A DNA stretch of 64,000 nucleotides from Alphaproteobacteria bacterium. Its GTDB lineage: Bacteria > Pseudomonadota > Alphaproteobacteria > GCA-2731375. Position numbers and translations under genes: made by a program. The stretch covers positions 1-64,000 of the forward strand of contig CBDDBZ010000026.1 in the NCBI GenBank assembly GCA_965225945.1, written 5' to 3'. Of this stretch, positions 49,603-60,703 are shown piece after piece. The notes beneath the pieces are model-generated. The model was not told where the DNA came from. It searched no databases and worked only from the letters and a program-made list of their open reading frames with translations. Each line of letters starts with the position of its first letter. Position 1 is the first letter of the stretch.

Positions 49603-50601
49603 TCACCCGTACGGGGCGGCGAGGCGCGAGACGACGTCCACCAACCTGACGCCCTCGGCCCGGGCGACGAAGCTGAGCGCCATGCGGTGGCGTAGAATCG
49701 GCGGCGTCAGGGCCACGACGTCGTCGATCGAGGGCGCGAAGCGGCCGTCCATCAGCGCCCGGGCGCGAACCGCCAGCATCAGCGCCTGGCTGGCCCTCGG
49801 CCCTGGGCCCCAGTCGAGTTGCGCGCCCGTCTCCGCGTCGGCGCCGGCCTCGGGCCGGCCGGAGCGGACCAGGCTCAGAATAGCCTCGACCACGCTCTCG
49901 CCGACCGGGATGCGCCGCACCAAGCGCTGCGCGGCGATCAGCTCGTCGGCCGTCAGCACCGGCACGGCCCGCGCTGCCTCGACCCCGGTGGTCTCGATCA
50001 GCATCCGCCGCTCGGCCTCGTAATCGGGATAGTCGACGTCGATCTGCATCAGGAAACGGTCGAGCTGCGCCTCGGGCAGGGGGTATGTACCCTCCTGCTC
50101 CAGCGGATTCTGCGTCGCCACGACGTGGAAGGGCGAGGGCAGCGGATGGCTGGCACCGGCGATCGAGACCTCGTGCTCCTGCATCGCCTGCAGCAGGGCC
50201 GACTGGGTGCGCGGGCTCGCCCGGTTGATCTCGTCCGCCATCAAGAGCTGGCAGAACACCGGCCCCGCGATGAAACGGAAGCCACGGCGGCCACTTTCGC
50301 TCTCCTCCATCACCTCGGAGCCGAGAATATCGGCCGGCATCAGATCGGGGGTGAACTGCACCCGTTTCTCGTCGAGGCCGAGGACCACGCCGAGGGTTTC
50401 GACCAGCAGGGTCTTGGCCAGGCCGGGCACGCCGATCAGCAGCGCGTGGCCACCGGCGAGGATGGTGATCAGGGTCTGCTCGATCACCTCCTCCTGGCCG
50501 AAGATAACCCGGCCGATAGCGGCGCGGACCTCCGCGAGACGCTTGCCGACGGCCGAGATTTCGGCCGAAAGATCTTCGTTGTGGGGGGGCATGGGCTGCA
50601 T
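49603..50601 (-). CDS. MoxR-family AAA ATPase
   Basis: GVPGLAKT, QFTPDLMPADI, DEINRA, ATQNP.EQEGTYPLPEAQLDRF. Confidence 0.93.
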   Translation of the reverse strand: MQPMPPHNEDLSAEISAVGKRLAEVRAAIGRVIFGQEEVIEQTLITILAGGHALLIGVPGLAKTLLVETLGVVLGLDEKRVQFTPDLMPADILGSEVMEESESGRRGFRFIAGPVFCQLLMADEINRASPRTQSALLQAMQEHEVSIAGASHPLPSPFHVVATQNPLEQEGTYPLPEAQLDRFLMQIDVDYPDYEAERRMLIETTGVEAARAVPVLTADELIAAQRLVRRIPVGESVVEAILSLVRSGRPEAGADAETGAQLDWGPGPRASQALMLAVRARALMDGRFAPSIDDVVALTPPILRHRMALSFVARAEGVRLVDVVSRLAAPYG

Positions 50602-50712
50602 GGGCGCGATAATAGTCTATATTTCTCCGGGGCGCGCGAGGCGCGCGTGCATTGAAGGTAACGTCTGTGCGAGCCGGTGGCCAGGAATCATGAGCTTCTC
50701 GGGAACCCTTTC

Positions 50713-51324
50713 GTGACCGCCCAGTCCAATCAATCCAAGGCACCGAACAAGTCCGAGGCACCGGATCCGGCAGCCATCGCCCGCGCCCTGGAGGGCGGCC
50801 GTCTGCCGCCCGTGCATCTATGGAATCCCGACAATTGTGGCGAAATCGAGATGCGAATCAGCCGCGACGGCACTTGGTACCACGAAGGCCGGCCGATCAC
50901 GCGGCGACGCATGGTGCGGCTGTTCTCGACCATCCTCAGGCGCGACGCCGACGGCGTGCATTATTTGGTGACGCCGGCCGAGAAGCTGGCGATCCAGGTG
51001 GACGACGCGCCCTTCGTCGCGGTGGAGATGACGACCCACGGCGCGGGCGAGGCGCAGGTGCTGGTCTTCCGCACCAACGTCGACGACCAGGTGATGGCGG
51101 GACCCGCGCATCCGATCCGCCTCGAGCGGGCGGGGGCAAGCGACGAGCCCGCGCCTTACGTCCGGGTGCGCGACGGGCTGGACGCCTTGATCGCGAGGCC
51201 AGTGTTCTACGATCTGGTCGAGCTCGGCGTCGAGGCGGAGGTAGCGGGCGAGGCCCACCTCGGCGTCTGGAGCGCCGGCGCCTTCTTCCCCCTGGCGCCG
51301 ATGGCGGAACTGGAGGATCTCTAA
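50713..51324 (+). CDS. DUF1285 domain protein
   Basis: LPPV..WNP, DGTWY..G.PI.R..MV.LFS.IL, LVTP.EK, F.TNV; start uncertain. Confidence 0.82.
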   Translation: MTAQSNQSKAPNKSEAPDPAAIARALEGGRLPPVHLWNPDNCGEIEMRISRDGTWYHEGRPITRRRMVRLFSTILRRDADGVHYLVTPAEKLAIQVDDAPFVAVEMTTHGAGEAQVLVFRTNVDDQVMAGPAHPIRLERAGASDEPAPYVRVRDGLDALIARPVFYDLVELGVEAEVAGEAHLGVWSAGAFFPLAPMAELEDL

Positions 51325-51327
51325 GCG

Positions 51328-51957
51328 GTGTCGTCCGCCCCCACGGCACGGCGGCTGATCGAAAGCTGCATCCTCGCGCACGCGACATCGCATGCGCCGC
51401 CGGTCGGCGACTTCGACCTCGATCGCGACGAGGGGCAATGGCGCGACGACGACTGCGTGCTCAGTCCGGCGGCGGTTTTAGTCCCGCTGGTCGAACACGC
51501 GAGCGGCCTCACCGTGTTGCTGACCCGGCGCACCGATCATCTGAAGCATCACGCGGGGCAAGTGAGCTTTCCCGGCGGCCGCGTCGAGGCGCACGACCGT
51601 GGCCCCGTCGACACCGCGCTGCGCGAAACCGAGGAGGAGATCGGACTGCGGCGCGACCGTGTCGAGGTCGCCGGCTACCTCGACGGCTACGAGACCGGCA
51701 CCGGCTTCCACATCACGCCGGTGGTCGGCTTCGTCCAGCCCGGCTTCACCTTGAAGCTCGACAGCTTCGAGGTGGCGGAGGCCTTCGAGGTGCCGCTCGA
51801 GTTCATCTTCGATCCGGCCAATCACAAGCGTCACAGCCGCATGCAGAACGGGCGCGAGCGACGCTATTTCGCCATGCCCTACGGCGATTTCTACATCTGG
51901 GGCGCGACGGCCGGTATGCTGATGAACCTCTATCGCCGCGCCCACGACCTGCTATGA
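51328..51957 (+). CDS. CoA pyrophosphatase (Nudix, NudL-like)
   Basis: AAVLVPL, LLTRR..HL..H.GQ..FPGG, ALRE.EEEIG, IWGATA. Confidence 0.9.
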   Translation: MSSAPTARRLIESCILAHATSHAPPVGDFDLDRDEGQWRDDDCVLSPAAVLVPLVEHASGLTVLLTRRTDHLKHHAGQVSFPGGRVEAHDRGPVDTALRETEEEIGLRRDRVEVAGYLDGYETGTGFHITPVVGFVQPGFTLKLDSFEVAEAFEVPLEFIFDPANHKRHSRMQNGRERRYFAMPYGDFYIWGATAGMLMNLYRRAHDLL

Positions 51958-51968
51958 GTGTCCGATCG

Positions 51969-51991
51969 AAAAGTCGCCAGCGGTGACTTTT
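51969..51991. terminator. Possible bidirectional intrinsic terminator
   Basis: AAAAGTCGCC-AGC-GGTGACTTTT hairpin 12 nt after the stop codon. Confidence 0.4.
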
Positions 51992-52173
51992 GGCGCCATC
52001 ACCGGCCCGCTCCCTGTACCGTCGAAAGGGTTCCGGGTCGAGCCGGGGAGTCGCCATTCGTGGCCGTTGGTGTCACTTCCAGGGGGCGACAGCGTGCTGA
52101 GCGATCGTGTAAAAACCGTACGCGAGCGGCCCCTGCGCGGCCCCATCAGGGGATCAGGGTCGAGGAAGGTGGC

Positions 52174-53154
52174 ATGAAGGCCGTTCTCTGCAAGCAGTTC
52201 GGACCGCCGGAAAGCCTGGTGCTGGAGGCGGTGGCCTCGCCCACGCCCGGCCCCGGCGAGGTGCGCCTTCGCGTCCATGCGGCCGGAGTGAATTTTCCCG
52301 ACACCCTGATCATCGAGGGGAAATATCAATATAAGCCCGAGTTTCCCTTCTCGCCCGGTGGCGAGGTGGCCGGCGAGGTGCTGGAGGTCGGCGCAGCAGT
52401 GACCGACGTGGCCCCCGGCGACCGGGTGATGGCCGGCATGACCTATGGCGCCTTTGCCGAGGAGGTGGTGGCCGGCGCCGAGCGGGTGATGCGGATTCCG
52501 GACGAGTTGGATTTCCTCACCGCGGCCTCGATGTCGCTCACCTATGGGACCGCCGCGCACGCACTGATCGAGCGCGGGCGGCTCCAGGCCGGCGAGACCC
52601 TGTTGGTGCACGGCGCGGCGGGCGGGGTCGGCCTCTCCATGGTCGAGGTCGGCAAGGCTATGGGCGCCCGCGTGATCGCCACCGCCGGCACGGAGGAGAA
52701 ACTTCGCGCCGCGAAAAGCCACGGCGCCGACGAGGTGATCAACTACGTCGAGAACGAATTCCGCGACGCGGTCAAGGATTTGACCGATGGCAAGGGCGCC
52801 GACGTGATCTGCGATCCGGTCGGCGGCGACGTGTTCGACCAGTCGCTGCGCTGCATCAACTGGGGTGGCCGTCTGCTGGTGATCGGTTTCGCGTCGGGAC
52901 GAATCGCCTCGGCGCCGGCGAACCTGGTGCTGCTCAAGGGCTGTTCCCTCGTCGGGGTCTTCTGGGGCAGCTACATCGAGCGCGATCCCGAGGGCAACGC
53001 GGCGAACTTCGAGCGGATTTTCCAATGGTGGCGCGAGGGCGCGATCAAGCCGCATATCTCCCATACCTTCCCGCTCGCCCAGGCCTCCGACGCGCTTTAT
53101 GCGCTGCTGGAGCGCAAGGTGATCGGCAAGGCGGTGCTGAAGATCGTTGACTGA
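52174..53154 (+). CDS. NADPH:quinone oxidoreductase (MDR family)
   Basis: GVNFPD, PF.PG.E.AG, HGAAGGVG, VIGFASG. Confidence 0.9.
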   Translation: MKAVLCKQFGPPESLVLEAVASPTPGPGEVRLRVHAAGVNFPDTLIIEGKYQYKPEFPFSPGGEVAGEVLEVGAAVTDVAPGDRVMAGMTYGAFAEEVVAGAERVMRIPDELDFLTAASMSLTYGTAAHALIERGRLQAGETLLVHGAAGGVGLSMVEVGKAMGARVIATAGTEEKLRAAKSHGADEVINYVENEFRDAVKDLTDGKGADVICDPVGGDVFDQSLRCINWGGRLLVIGFASGRIASAPANLVLLKGCSLVGVFWGSYIERDPEGNAANFERIFQWWREGAIKPHISHTFPLAQASDALYALLERKVIGKAVLKIVD

Positions 53155-54412
53155 GGACGAGCGAGACGGCGCGGCGGGGGCGGTTCGCCGGCAATACGAG
53201 GCGCTGCCCTATCCGGAACGCGATCCGGGCGACGAGGCCGGGCGGCTGATAACCGGCTCGCCCAGCCACCTTCTGGAGATCGAGCATTACGTCTACGCCG
53301 GTCGCCGCGCCGGGCCGATCCGCGCGCTGGTCGCCGGTGGCGGCACCGGCGACGGCGCCATCATGCTGGCCCAGCATCTCAGCGATCGGGGCGAGGGCGA
53401 GGTGGTCTACCTCGACATCTCCCGGCCGGCGCTGGAGATCGCCCGTGCCCGCGCCGAGGCGCGCGGCCTCGACAACATCGGCTTCCACTTGGGCTCCCTT
53501 CTCGCCATCGACATGCTCGAACTCGGGCGTTTCGACTACATCGATTGCTGCGGCGTGCTGCACCACTTGGCCGATCCGGCGGAAGGGCTGCTGGCGCTGA
53601 CCCAGTCATTGGCCGACGACGGCGGCATGGGGCTGATGCTCTATGGCGCGTTCGGGCGAACCGGCGTCTATCCGCTGCAACGGGCGCTCCGGCGGCTCGC
53701 GGGCACGGCCGATCTCTCGCGCCGCCTCGACCTCGCCCGCGCGGTGCTGAACGCCTTGCCCGAAACCAACTGGTTCCGGCGCAACGTTGGGCTCGCGGAC
53801 CATCTGGCGGGCGGCGACGCCGGTCTCGCGGACCTGCTGCTGCACGCCCAGGATCGGGCCTACACGGTGCCGGAAATCGCCGCCCTGTCGGCCCGGGCGG
53901 AACTCAGGATCACGGGCTTCGTGCCCGCCGCCGGCTACGACCCCGGGCTCTATCTCCGCGACGCGGCGCTCAGGGCCCGCCTCGACACGCTCGATCCGAT
54001 CGAGCGGGCGGCGCTCGGCGAGGAGTTGGCGGGCAATCTCAAGACCCACGTGTTCTATGTCGTCAAGGCGGCGAACCGGGCGGGCGGGCACGCCGATCCC
54101 CGGGATCGGTCCCTGACGCCGATCGCGCGCGAGCACGATCTCCAGGCGGTCGCGCGCTCGCTCGCCAAATCGCCGCGTCTGAAGGTCGATCTGGACGGTA
54201 TCGAGGCTCGCTTCGAGCTGCCCGGCGGGGCCGACAGAATCATCGCCCTGATGGATGGCCGGCGGAACGGCGGCGAGATCCTGGAACGACTCCGCGCGAC
54301 CAACAGCCGTCTCTCGGAACGCGCGGCGGACGCGCTGTTCCAGGGCGTCTACGACATTCTGCATCCCCTCAACATGCTGCTCCTCGCCGGCCCCCACGCT
54401 CCGCCGCGTTGA
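53147..54412 (+). CDS. Class I SAM-dependent methyltransferase
   Basis: QYE..PYP, LVAGGGTG, FDYIDC.GVLHHL, D.LLH.QD. Confidence 0.85.
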   Translation: MTEDERDGAAGAVRRQYEALPYPERDPGDEAGRLITGSPSHLLEIEHYVYAGRRAGPIRALVAGGGTGDGAIMLAQHLSDRGEGEVVYLDISRPALEIARARAEARGLDNIGFHLGSLLAIDMLELGRFDYIDCCGVLHHLADPAEGLLALTQSLADDGGMGLMLYGAFGRTGVYPLQRALRRLAGTADLSRRLDLARAVLNALPETNWFRRNVGLADHLAGGDAGLADLLLHAQDRAYTVPEIAALSARAELRITGFVPAAGYDPGLYLRDAALRARLDTLDPIERAALGEELAGNLKTHVFYVVKAANRAGGHADPRDRSLTPIAREHDLQAVARSLAKSPRLKVDLDGIEARFELPGGADRIIALMDGRRNGGEILERLRATNSRLSERAADALFQGVYDILHPLNMLLLAGPHAPPR

Positions 54413-54446
54413 GGCCGCACGGGCCGCGGACGCCGCGGACAATGAC

Positions 54447-54474
54447 TTGCACCCTCGGGGCAATCATGTATAAG
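54447..54474 (+). promoter_or_regulatory. Putative promoter of the rpsF operon
   Basis: TTGCAC-N16-TATAAG followed by a GC-rich discriminator. Confidence 0.5.
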
Positions 54475-54581
54475 TGCGCGCCCTGAGACGCCTCGCCGTC
54501 GCCAGCCGGTACCTGCGGCGTCTTTTGGCGTTCCAATCGAGCCGATCCGAGGGCCATGCGACACCAGGAGATCGAGAGCGC

Positions 54582-55046
54582 ATGCCAAGTTACGAAAGCG
54601 TGCTGATCGCGCGCCAGGACATTTCCGCGCAGCAGGTGGAAGGGTTGTCCGAGGCCCTGAAGGCGATTATCACCGAGAACGGTGGCACCATCGCCAAGAG
54701 CGAATATTGGGGCTTGCGCAACCTCGCCTATCGGATCAAGAAGAACCGCAAGGGGCATTACGTCCTGATGCAACTCGACGCGCCGGCCGAGGCCGTCGCC
54801 GAGTTCGAGCGCAACCTGCGGATCAACGAGGACATCATCCGCTACCTCACCGTCCGAATCGAGGCGGTCGACGAGACGCCCTCGGTCATGATGCAGACTC
54901 GCGCCGCGCGCGACGGTGCCCGGCGCGATCGCAACCGCGGCGACCGTGACCGCGGCGATCGAGACCGCGGCGATCGCGACCGCGGCGATCGAGACCGGGG
55001 CGATCGAGACCGGGGGGCGCGCCGCGACGGCGCCGCTCGGTCCTAG
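54582..55046 (+). CDS. rpsF: 30S ribosomal protein S6
   Basis: [27 protein letters not shown]. Confidence 0.96.
   Translation: MPSYESVLIARQDISAQQVEGLSEALKAIITENGGTIAKSEYWGLRNLAYRIKKNRKGHYVLMQLDAPAEAVAEFERNLRINEDIIRYLTVRIEAVDETPSVMMQTRAARDGARRDRNRGDRDRGDRDRGDRDRGDRDRGDRDRGARRDGAARS
54927..55016 (+). repeat. Six 15-bp tandem units encoding (DRDRG)n in the S6 tail
   Basis: GAYCGNRACCGSGGS repeated six times. Confidence 0.85.
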
Positions 55047-55067
55047 GCGCGGGACGGGAGAAAGACG

Positions 55068-55325
55068 ATGGCGCAAGACCTCAAAATCAGCCAGATGCCG
55101 CTGCGCCGGCCGTTTCATCGCCGGCGCAAGACCTGTCCCTTCAGTGGCCCCAACGCCCAGACGATCGACTACAAGGACGTGAAGATGCTACAGCGCTTCA
55201 TCTCGGAGCGGGGTAAGATCGTGCCCAGCCGCATCACCGCCGTGTCCGCCAAGCGGCAGCGGGAGCTGGCGCGGGCCATCAAGCGGGCTCGCCAGCTCGC
55301 CCTCATTCCCTTCGTCGGACAGTAG
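55068..55325 (+). CDS. rpsR: 30S ribosomal protein S18
   Basis: [31 protein letters not shown]. Confidence 0.96.
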   Translation: MAQDLKISQMPLRRPFHRRRKTCPFSGPNAQTIDYKDVKMLQRFISERGKIVPSRITAVSAKRQRELARAIKRARQLALIPFVGQ

Positions 55326-55370
55326 CGGGCCGGAGCGCGGCGCGGCGCCACCCGGACGGGAGGCACAGGG

Positions 55371-56303
55371 ATGATCGCTTGGCTGCCCTTGTCGATCGCG
55401 GCGGGGCTGGTGAGCGCGCTCATCGTCGCCGGATCCGGCCAATCGCTGACCCTGGCGCTCGTCATTTCGCCCTTCGCGCAACTACCCCTGTTCCTGACCG
55501 GCCTCGGCCTCGGTCTGACCCCGGTGCTGGTCGCCGGGCTCGGCGGGGCGTTCGCCTGCGCCGTTCTGGGCTCGCCCTATCTCGGCGTCGTTTTTCTCTT
55601 CATGCATGCCGTGCCGGTGGTCCTCATCACCCGTCACGCCCTGCTCTCGCGCACGACCGAGGCGGGCGGTGTCGAGTGGTATCCGCCCGGCCGATTGTTG
55701 CTCTGGCTCGCCGCCATGACAGCCACTTACTTCCTCGCGGTGTGGGCGTTCTTCCAATTTACCGGCGACGGTCTCGGGCCCGCGATCGAGAGCGCGCTCC
55801 GCCAGGTGATGACGGCGATGCGGGTGCCGGCCGACGCCGAGATGGACGCGGCGATCGAGGCGAACGCGCGCTACGTTCCCGGCATGGTGGCGACGCACAT
55901 GATGCTGCTCGTGGTGGTCAATGGTGGCCTGGCGCAGCGCATCCTGGTCCGAACGGGGCGAAATTTCAGGCCGTCGCCCCGGATGGACGAGTTGGAGCTG
56001 CCGAAATGGCTCGCCGGGGTATTGCTCGCCGCCATGCTCGCCGCGAGCTTCGTCGAGTCGTTCCGAATTCTGGGCCTGACGCTTGCTTTCATACTCGGCC
56101 TCGCGTATTTCCTCCTCGGCCTCGCGGTGGTGCATGCCTTCTATCGTGGTCGACCGAGCGTCCCCTTCGGGCTGGTCGGCTTTTACGTGATGTTGACCGT
56201 GATGACGATGATCGCCTTTCCGGTGGTCTTGGGCTTGGTTGCCGTCGGTTTGGCGGAGCAACTGATCGGGTTGCGTGCGCGTTTCGGCCCTCGCGTACCC
56301 TAG
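55371..56303 (+). CDS. DUF2232/YybS family membrane protein
   Basis: Multiple TM helices, EWYPPG motif, position between rpsR and rplI. Confidence 0.75.
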   Translation: MIAWLPLSIAAGLVSALIVAGSGQSLTLALVISPFAQLPLFLTGLGLGLTPVLVAGLGGAFACAVLGSPYLGVVFLFMHAVPVVLITRHALLSRTTEAGGVEWYPPGRLLLWLAAMTATYFLAVWAFFQFTGDGLGPAIESALRQVMTAMRVPADAEMDAAIEANARYVPGMVATHMMLLVVVNGGLAQRILVRTGRNFRPSPRMDELELPKWLAGVLLAAMLAASFVESFRILGLTLAFILGLAYFLLGLAVVHAFYRGRPSVPFGLVGFYVMLTVMTMIAFPVVLGLVAVGLAEQLIGLRARFGPRVP

Positions 56304-56314
56304 GAGAAAGAACC

Positions 56315-57007
56315 ATGGAGATCATTCTGCTGGAGCGGATCGAGAAACTCGGGCAGATGGGCGAAATCGTCACGGTCAAGAACGGCTATGCCCGCAATTT
56401 CTTGCTGCCCAGGGGGCGTGCGCTTCGCGCCACCAAGGCCAATATCGAACGCTTCGATAATCAGCGGGTCGAGTTGGAGGCCAGTAATCTGGCGCAGCGC
56501 GGGGATGCGGAAAGCGTCGCCATCCGCATGGACGGGGCCAAGATCGTGCTGGTTCGCCAGGCGAGCGACATGGGTCAGCTCTATGGCTCGGTCAGCGCCC
56601 GTGATGTCGCCGAGGGTCTGATCGAGGGCGGTTTCGGCGTCGAGCGACGGCAAGTCGTACTCGACCGGCCGATCAAGACGCTGGGCCTCCATGCCGTGCG
56701 CGTCATGTTGCACCCCGAAGTCTCGATCACGATCGAGGCCAACGTCGCCCGCAGCCTCGAGGAGGCGGAGCGGCAGGAGGCCGGGATCTTCTTCGACGAC
56801 CCCGACCGGGAGGACGGCGAGTTGGAGGAAGAGGCCGAAGCCCTCTTCGCCGCGTCGAGCCCGATGGACTCGGAAGACGAGGCCGGCGAGGATAAGGGCG
56901 AGGCCGCGTCCGACTCCGAGGCGGTCACGGCCGACGACGGCGAGGCCGCGTCCGACTCCGAGGCGGTCACGGCCGACGAGGACGAGACCCAGCCTCCCAC
57001 CGGCTGA
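56315..57007 (+). CDS. rplI: 50S ribosomal protein L9
   Basis: [33 protein letters not shown]; long acidic tail. Confidence 0.96.
   Translation: MEIILLERIEKLGQMGEIVTVKNGYARNFLLPRGRALRATKANIERFDNQRVELEASNLAQRGDAESVAIRMDGAKIVLVRQASDMGQLYGSVSARDVAEGLIEGGFGVERRQVVLDRPIKTLGLHAVRVMLHPEVSITIEANVARSLEEAERQEAGIFFDDPDREDGELEEEAEALFAASSPMDSEDEAGEDKGEAASDSEAVTADDGEAASDSEAVTADEDETQPPTG
56897..56980 (+). repeat. 42-bp tandem duplication in the L9 tail
   Basis: [13 protein letters not shown](D/E) twice; 41/42 nt identical. Confidence 0.85.
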
Positions 57008-57509
57008 TCATTTTTCCATAGGTCCGACGAGCAGCGCCGGGTCCAGCCGTTCGGCGAACCAATTGACCCGCCAGTCGAGGTGCGGGCCGGTGGCGCGGCC
57101 GCTTGCGCCGACGGTGCCGAGCGCCTCGCCCCGGCGCAGCACCTGTCCGACCGTCACGCTCACCCGATCCAGATGCGAGAACACCGAGCTCACGCCGTGA
57201 CCGTGATCCAGCATCACCGTGCCGCCGGTGAAGTAGAGGTCGGCTTCCGCCAGCGCGACGCGGCCGGGCGCCGGCGCCGTCACCGGCGTGCCCCGGGGGG
57301 CCGCGATATCGACGCCGTAGTGGGGGCAGCGCGGCTCGCCGTTCAGAATTCGCTGGCTGCCGAAGACGCCGCTGATCGGGCCCCGGACCGGCCAGACGAA
57401 ACCGTCGGCGAACCAGGTCTCGGCCGTGTCGAGCCGGCGTATCTTTCCGATCGCCTTGGCTTCGCGGCGAATCCGTTTCAGCACCTTGGCGTCGGGCGTC
57501 ACCATCTTA
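57008..57509 (-). pseudogene. M23 peptidase, 3' (catalytic) half separated by IS630
   Basis: HYGVD, DHGHG, HL, TGPHLDW; joins in frame with 62830-63137 when the IS is removed (IDGLPP-KMVTP). Confidence 0.9.
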
Positions 57510-57603
57510 TACCAATTGGCCTTGAGGGAGACTCACTTTGAGGATTCCCATGGTGGATGATTTCTGACTCAATTCCGGTGATTCGGAGTTGAGGAGGTTC
57601 ACT

Positions 57604-58359
57604 ATGGGAGCGGCGATCGGGTTACGAGAGGATTTCGATGCGGCGGAGCTGCGTCGCTTGGCGAAGCTTTCCAAGGATGCCGGCCAGAGCCGCCGGCTCT
57701 TGGCTCTCGCGGTGATCTATGACGGTGGGCGGCGGACGGATGCGGCACGGACCGGCCACGTGGGGCTTCAGGTGATCCGAGATTGGGTGTTGCATTTCAA
57801 CGCCGAGGGCCCGGACGGCTTGATCGATCGCAAGGCGCCCGGTGCGGTGGCGAAGCTCGACGATGCACAACGCCAGGCGCTGGGGGCACGCGTCGATGCG
57901 GGGCCGAACCCGGCGGTCGACGGCGTGGTGCGCTGGCGGCTGAAGGATCTGGCGGGCTGGATCCGGGATATGTTCGCGATCTCGCTCGACGAGACCACGG
58001 TGAGCCGGGAATTGAAGGCGATGGGCTTCACGAAGATGACGGCGCATCCGCGCCACCATGCCCAGGAGGAGGGCGTCATCGAGGATTTTAAAAAAAATTC
58101 CCCGAGCTGGTGGCGCAAGCCCGCCGGCGCCTGCCCGCCGGCACCGAGATAGAAATCTGGTGGCAGGACGAAGCCCGTGTCGGCCAGAAGAACAAGATCA
58201 CTCGGCGCTGGGCGCGGCGCGGAACCCGGCCCCGCGCACCGCATGACCAGCGCACCAAATCAGCCTATATCTTCGGCGCCATCTGTCCCAAACGCGGCGT
58301 CGGCGCCGCCCTCGTGCTCCCCCACTGCGACACCCAGGCCATGCAGCTGCATCTGGAGG
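57604..58359 (+). pseudogene. IS630 transposase 5' part with -1 slippery site
   Basis: HTH region, TTTAAAAAAAA at 58087-58097 leading to the -1 frame with WWQDEARVGQK; cut at 58359. Confidence 0.88.
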
Positions 58360-58760
58360 TGTCGGTGGCGATGAAAAACCGCGCTTAGATGGTGATTTCA
58401 GCGACATCGGGCATCGTGGCGCTGTAGCTGCGTGGTTTGCAGGCGGGAGTTGGCTCGGCGCAGCGGTGGGTAAGTAGCTCGCCGCAGCGACCGCCAAGAG
58501 TCTGGCGGCGGCGGGCTGCTTATCCACCGCGGGCGGGCGTCTCGATTCCTGTTTTGGCTGGCTGGCGGCGGCGGTTCCGCGGACCTGACAAGGGGAGCCG
58601 CGGGAGTACACTCGGGCCGCTGAGAACGACGCGGCGCCGGCCCCGTTTGCTTGCTGGCAACGACCGGCACCGCACCCCCCGAGCCATGCAAGGCACGACC
58701 CATATGCGCAGTATCGTGCGGGTTTGGGCGTGGGTCCACCCCGTTCTCATCGGCTGCGCG

Positions 58761-59201
58761 ATGAAGAACACCGCCCGCCTGTTCAACTGCGCCTCGTGCC
58801 ATCAACAGGTGGTTCTCTGCCGGCACTGCGACCACGGCAACATCTACTGTTCACGGAGCTGCAGCGATCGGGTGCGCCGGCGATCGCAGCGCCATGCCGG
58901 GCAGCGCTACCAGAACAGCCGGCGGGGCCGTCACAAGCATGCTGAGCGCCAGCGGCGCTATCGCGAACGCCGGCGGCGCCGGACGCCGGTGAATCGGCGC
59001 CGCGGGCAGGAAGTGACGCATCACCCTTTGACCGCCGCGCGGCGGCGTCCTGTTGTGGCGCGGACGCCGGCAGGGCGTCCCGGAACACGGCCCTTCGGGC
59101 ACGAGCGGCCCGCCAGGGTCTTCCGCTGCGATCGCTGCGGCCGGTTCTGCGGGCAGGCGGTCTATCCGGGGCTGCGCCCGACGGGAAAGGGGGTGAGATG
59201 A
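58761..59201 (+). CDS. Cys-rich, Arg-rich hypothetical protein upstream of istA
   Basis: CxxC..CxxC..YCxxxC, Arg-rich helix, C-terminal CDRC; stop overlaps the istA start (ATGA). Confidence 0.7.
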   Translation: MKNTARLFNCASCHQQVVLCRHCDHGNIYCSRSCSDRVRRRSQRHAGQRYQNSRRGRHKHAERQRRYRERRRRRTPVNRRRGQEVTHHPLTAARRRPVVARTPAGRPGTRPFGHERPARVFRCDRCGRFCGQAVYPGLRPTGKGVR

Positions 59202-60703
59202 CCATCAACAAGGAGACCCGCGCGGAGATCCTGCGCCTGTATCACGTCGAGAAGTGGACGGTCGGCACGATCACACGCCAGCTCGGCGTGCATCGCTACA
59301 CCGTCGAGCGCCTCCTCACCGCGGCTGGCGAGCCCCGGGACGCGAGGTCGCCCAGGCCGTCGATGATCGATCCATACGTGCCGTTCATCGCCGAGACGCT
59401 GGCATCCTGGCCGACGCTGCCCGCCAGCCGGCTCTACCAGATGGTGCGCGAACGCGGCTATCCGGGCGGCGGCGACCACTTCCGTCATCTGCTCAGCCAC
59501 TTCAGGCCCAGGCCCGTGGCCGAGGCCTATCTGCGCCTCAAGACCCTTCCCGGCGAGCAGGCCCAGGTCGACTGGGGACACTTCGGCAAGGTGACGATCG
59601 GCCGCGCGGAGCGCCGCCTGATGGGCTTCGTGATGGTTCTCAGCTACTCGCGGCGGATCTTCCTGCGCTTCTACCTCGACGCCGGGATGAGCAACTTCCT
59701 GCGCGGCCATGTCGAAGCCTTCGAGGCGTGGCAGGGCGTGCCCCGCGAGCTCTGGTACGACAACCTGAAGAGCGTCGTGCTGGAGCGCCGCGGCGCCGCC
59801 ATCCGGTTCAATCCCCGGATCCTCGACCTCGCCGGCCACTACCACTTCCTGCCCAAGCCCGTCGTGGTCGCGCGCGGCAACGAGAAGGGGCGCGTGGAGC
59901 GGGCGATTCGCTATGTCCGGACCAGCTTCTTCGCCGCCCGCCGGTGGCGCGATATCGACGATCTCAACGCCCAGGCCCTGGCCTGGTGCCACGGCATCGC
60001 CGCCGACCGCCCCTGGCCCGAAGACCGCTCGATCACCGTGCGCGAGGCCTTCGAGCGGGAACGCGGCTCTCTCATCGCGCTGCCCGGCGATCCCTTCCCC
60101 GACCACGACCGGGTCGAGGTCGCCATCGGCAAGACCCCCTACGCCCGCTTCGATCTCAACGATTACAGCGTGCCGCACACCCATGTGCGGCGCACCCTCG
60201 TCGTGGTCGCGACGCTCGACGAGGTGCGCATCCTCGACGGTGTGGACGTCATCGCCAGCCATCCGCGCAGCTTCGACAAGGCGGCCCGCATCGAGAACCC
60301 CGAGCACATCGCCGAGCTGGTCAGGCGCAAGAGCCATGCCCGCCGCCTTCGCGGCCAGGACCGGCTGGTCCAGGCCGCGCCCAACAGCGAGCGCCTGCTC
60401 GCCGAGGCCGCCCAGCGCGGCGGCTATATAGGCGCCACCGTCGCCGCCCTGTTGCGCCTCCTCGACGCCTACGGCGCCGCCGAGCTCGAGGCGGCCATCG
60501 ACGAGGCCCTGAAGCGGGACGTTCCCCATCCCAACGCCGTGCGCCTGAGCCTGACCCGGCGGCGCGAGCTGCGGCACCAACCCCCGCCCATCCCCGTCGA
60601 ACTGCCCGGCGATCCGAGAGTGCGCGACATCACTGTCCGCGATCACGACCTCGTCGGATACGACGGGCTGGCCGGCGAACCCGAGGAGGACAGCGAGCAA
60701 TGA
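59198..60703 (+). CDS. istA: IS21 transposase IstA
   Basis: N-terminal [36 protein letters not shown]. Confidence 0.93.
   Translation: MTINKETRAEILRLYHVEKWTVGTITRQLGVHRYTVERLLTAAGEPRDARSPRPSMIDPYVPFIAETLASWPTLPASRLYQMVRERGYPGGGDHFRHLLSHFRPRPVAEAYLRLKTLPGEQAQVDWGHFGKVTIGRAERRLMGFVMVLSYSRRIFLRFYLDAGMSNFLRGHVEAFEAWQGVPRELWYDNLKSVVLERRGAAIRFNPRILDLAGHYHFLPKPVVVARGNEKGRVERAIRYVRTSFFAARRWRDIDDLNAQALAWCHGIAADRPWPEDRSITVREAFERERGSLIALPGDPFPDHDRVEVAIGKTPYARFDLNDYSVPHTHVRRTLVVVATLDEVRILDGVDVIASHPRSFDKAARIENPEHIAELVRRKSHARRLRGQDRLVQAAPNSERLLAEAAQRGGYIGATVAALLRLLDAYGAAELEAAIDEALKRDVPHPNAVRLSLTRRRELRHQPPPIPVELPGDPRVRDITVRDHDLVGYDGLAGEPEEDSEQ

Noticed and set aside
43839-50601. MoxR-DUF58-BatA cluster as a novel system
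   Set aside because: A widespread alphaproteobacterial cluster; nothing unusual in this copy.
58087-58097. IS630 frameshift as a mutation
   Set aside because: An A-run leading to the -1 frame between the HTH and DDE parts is the usual programmed arrangement in this family.
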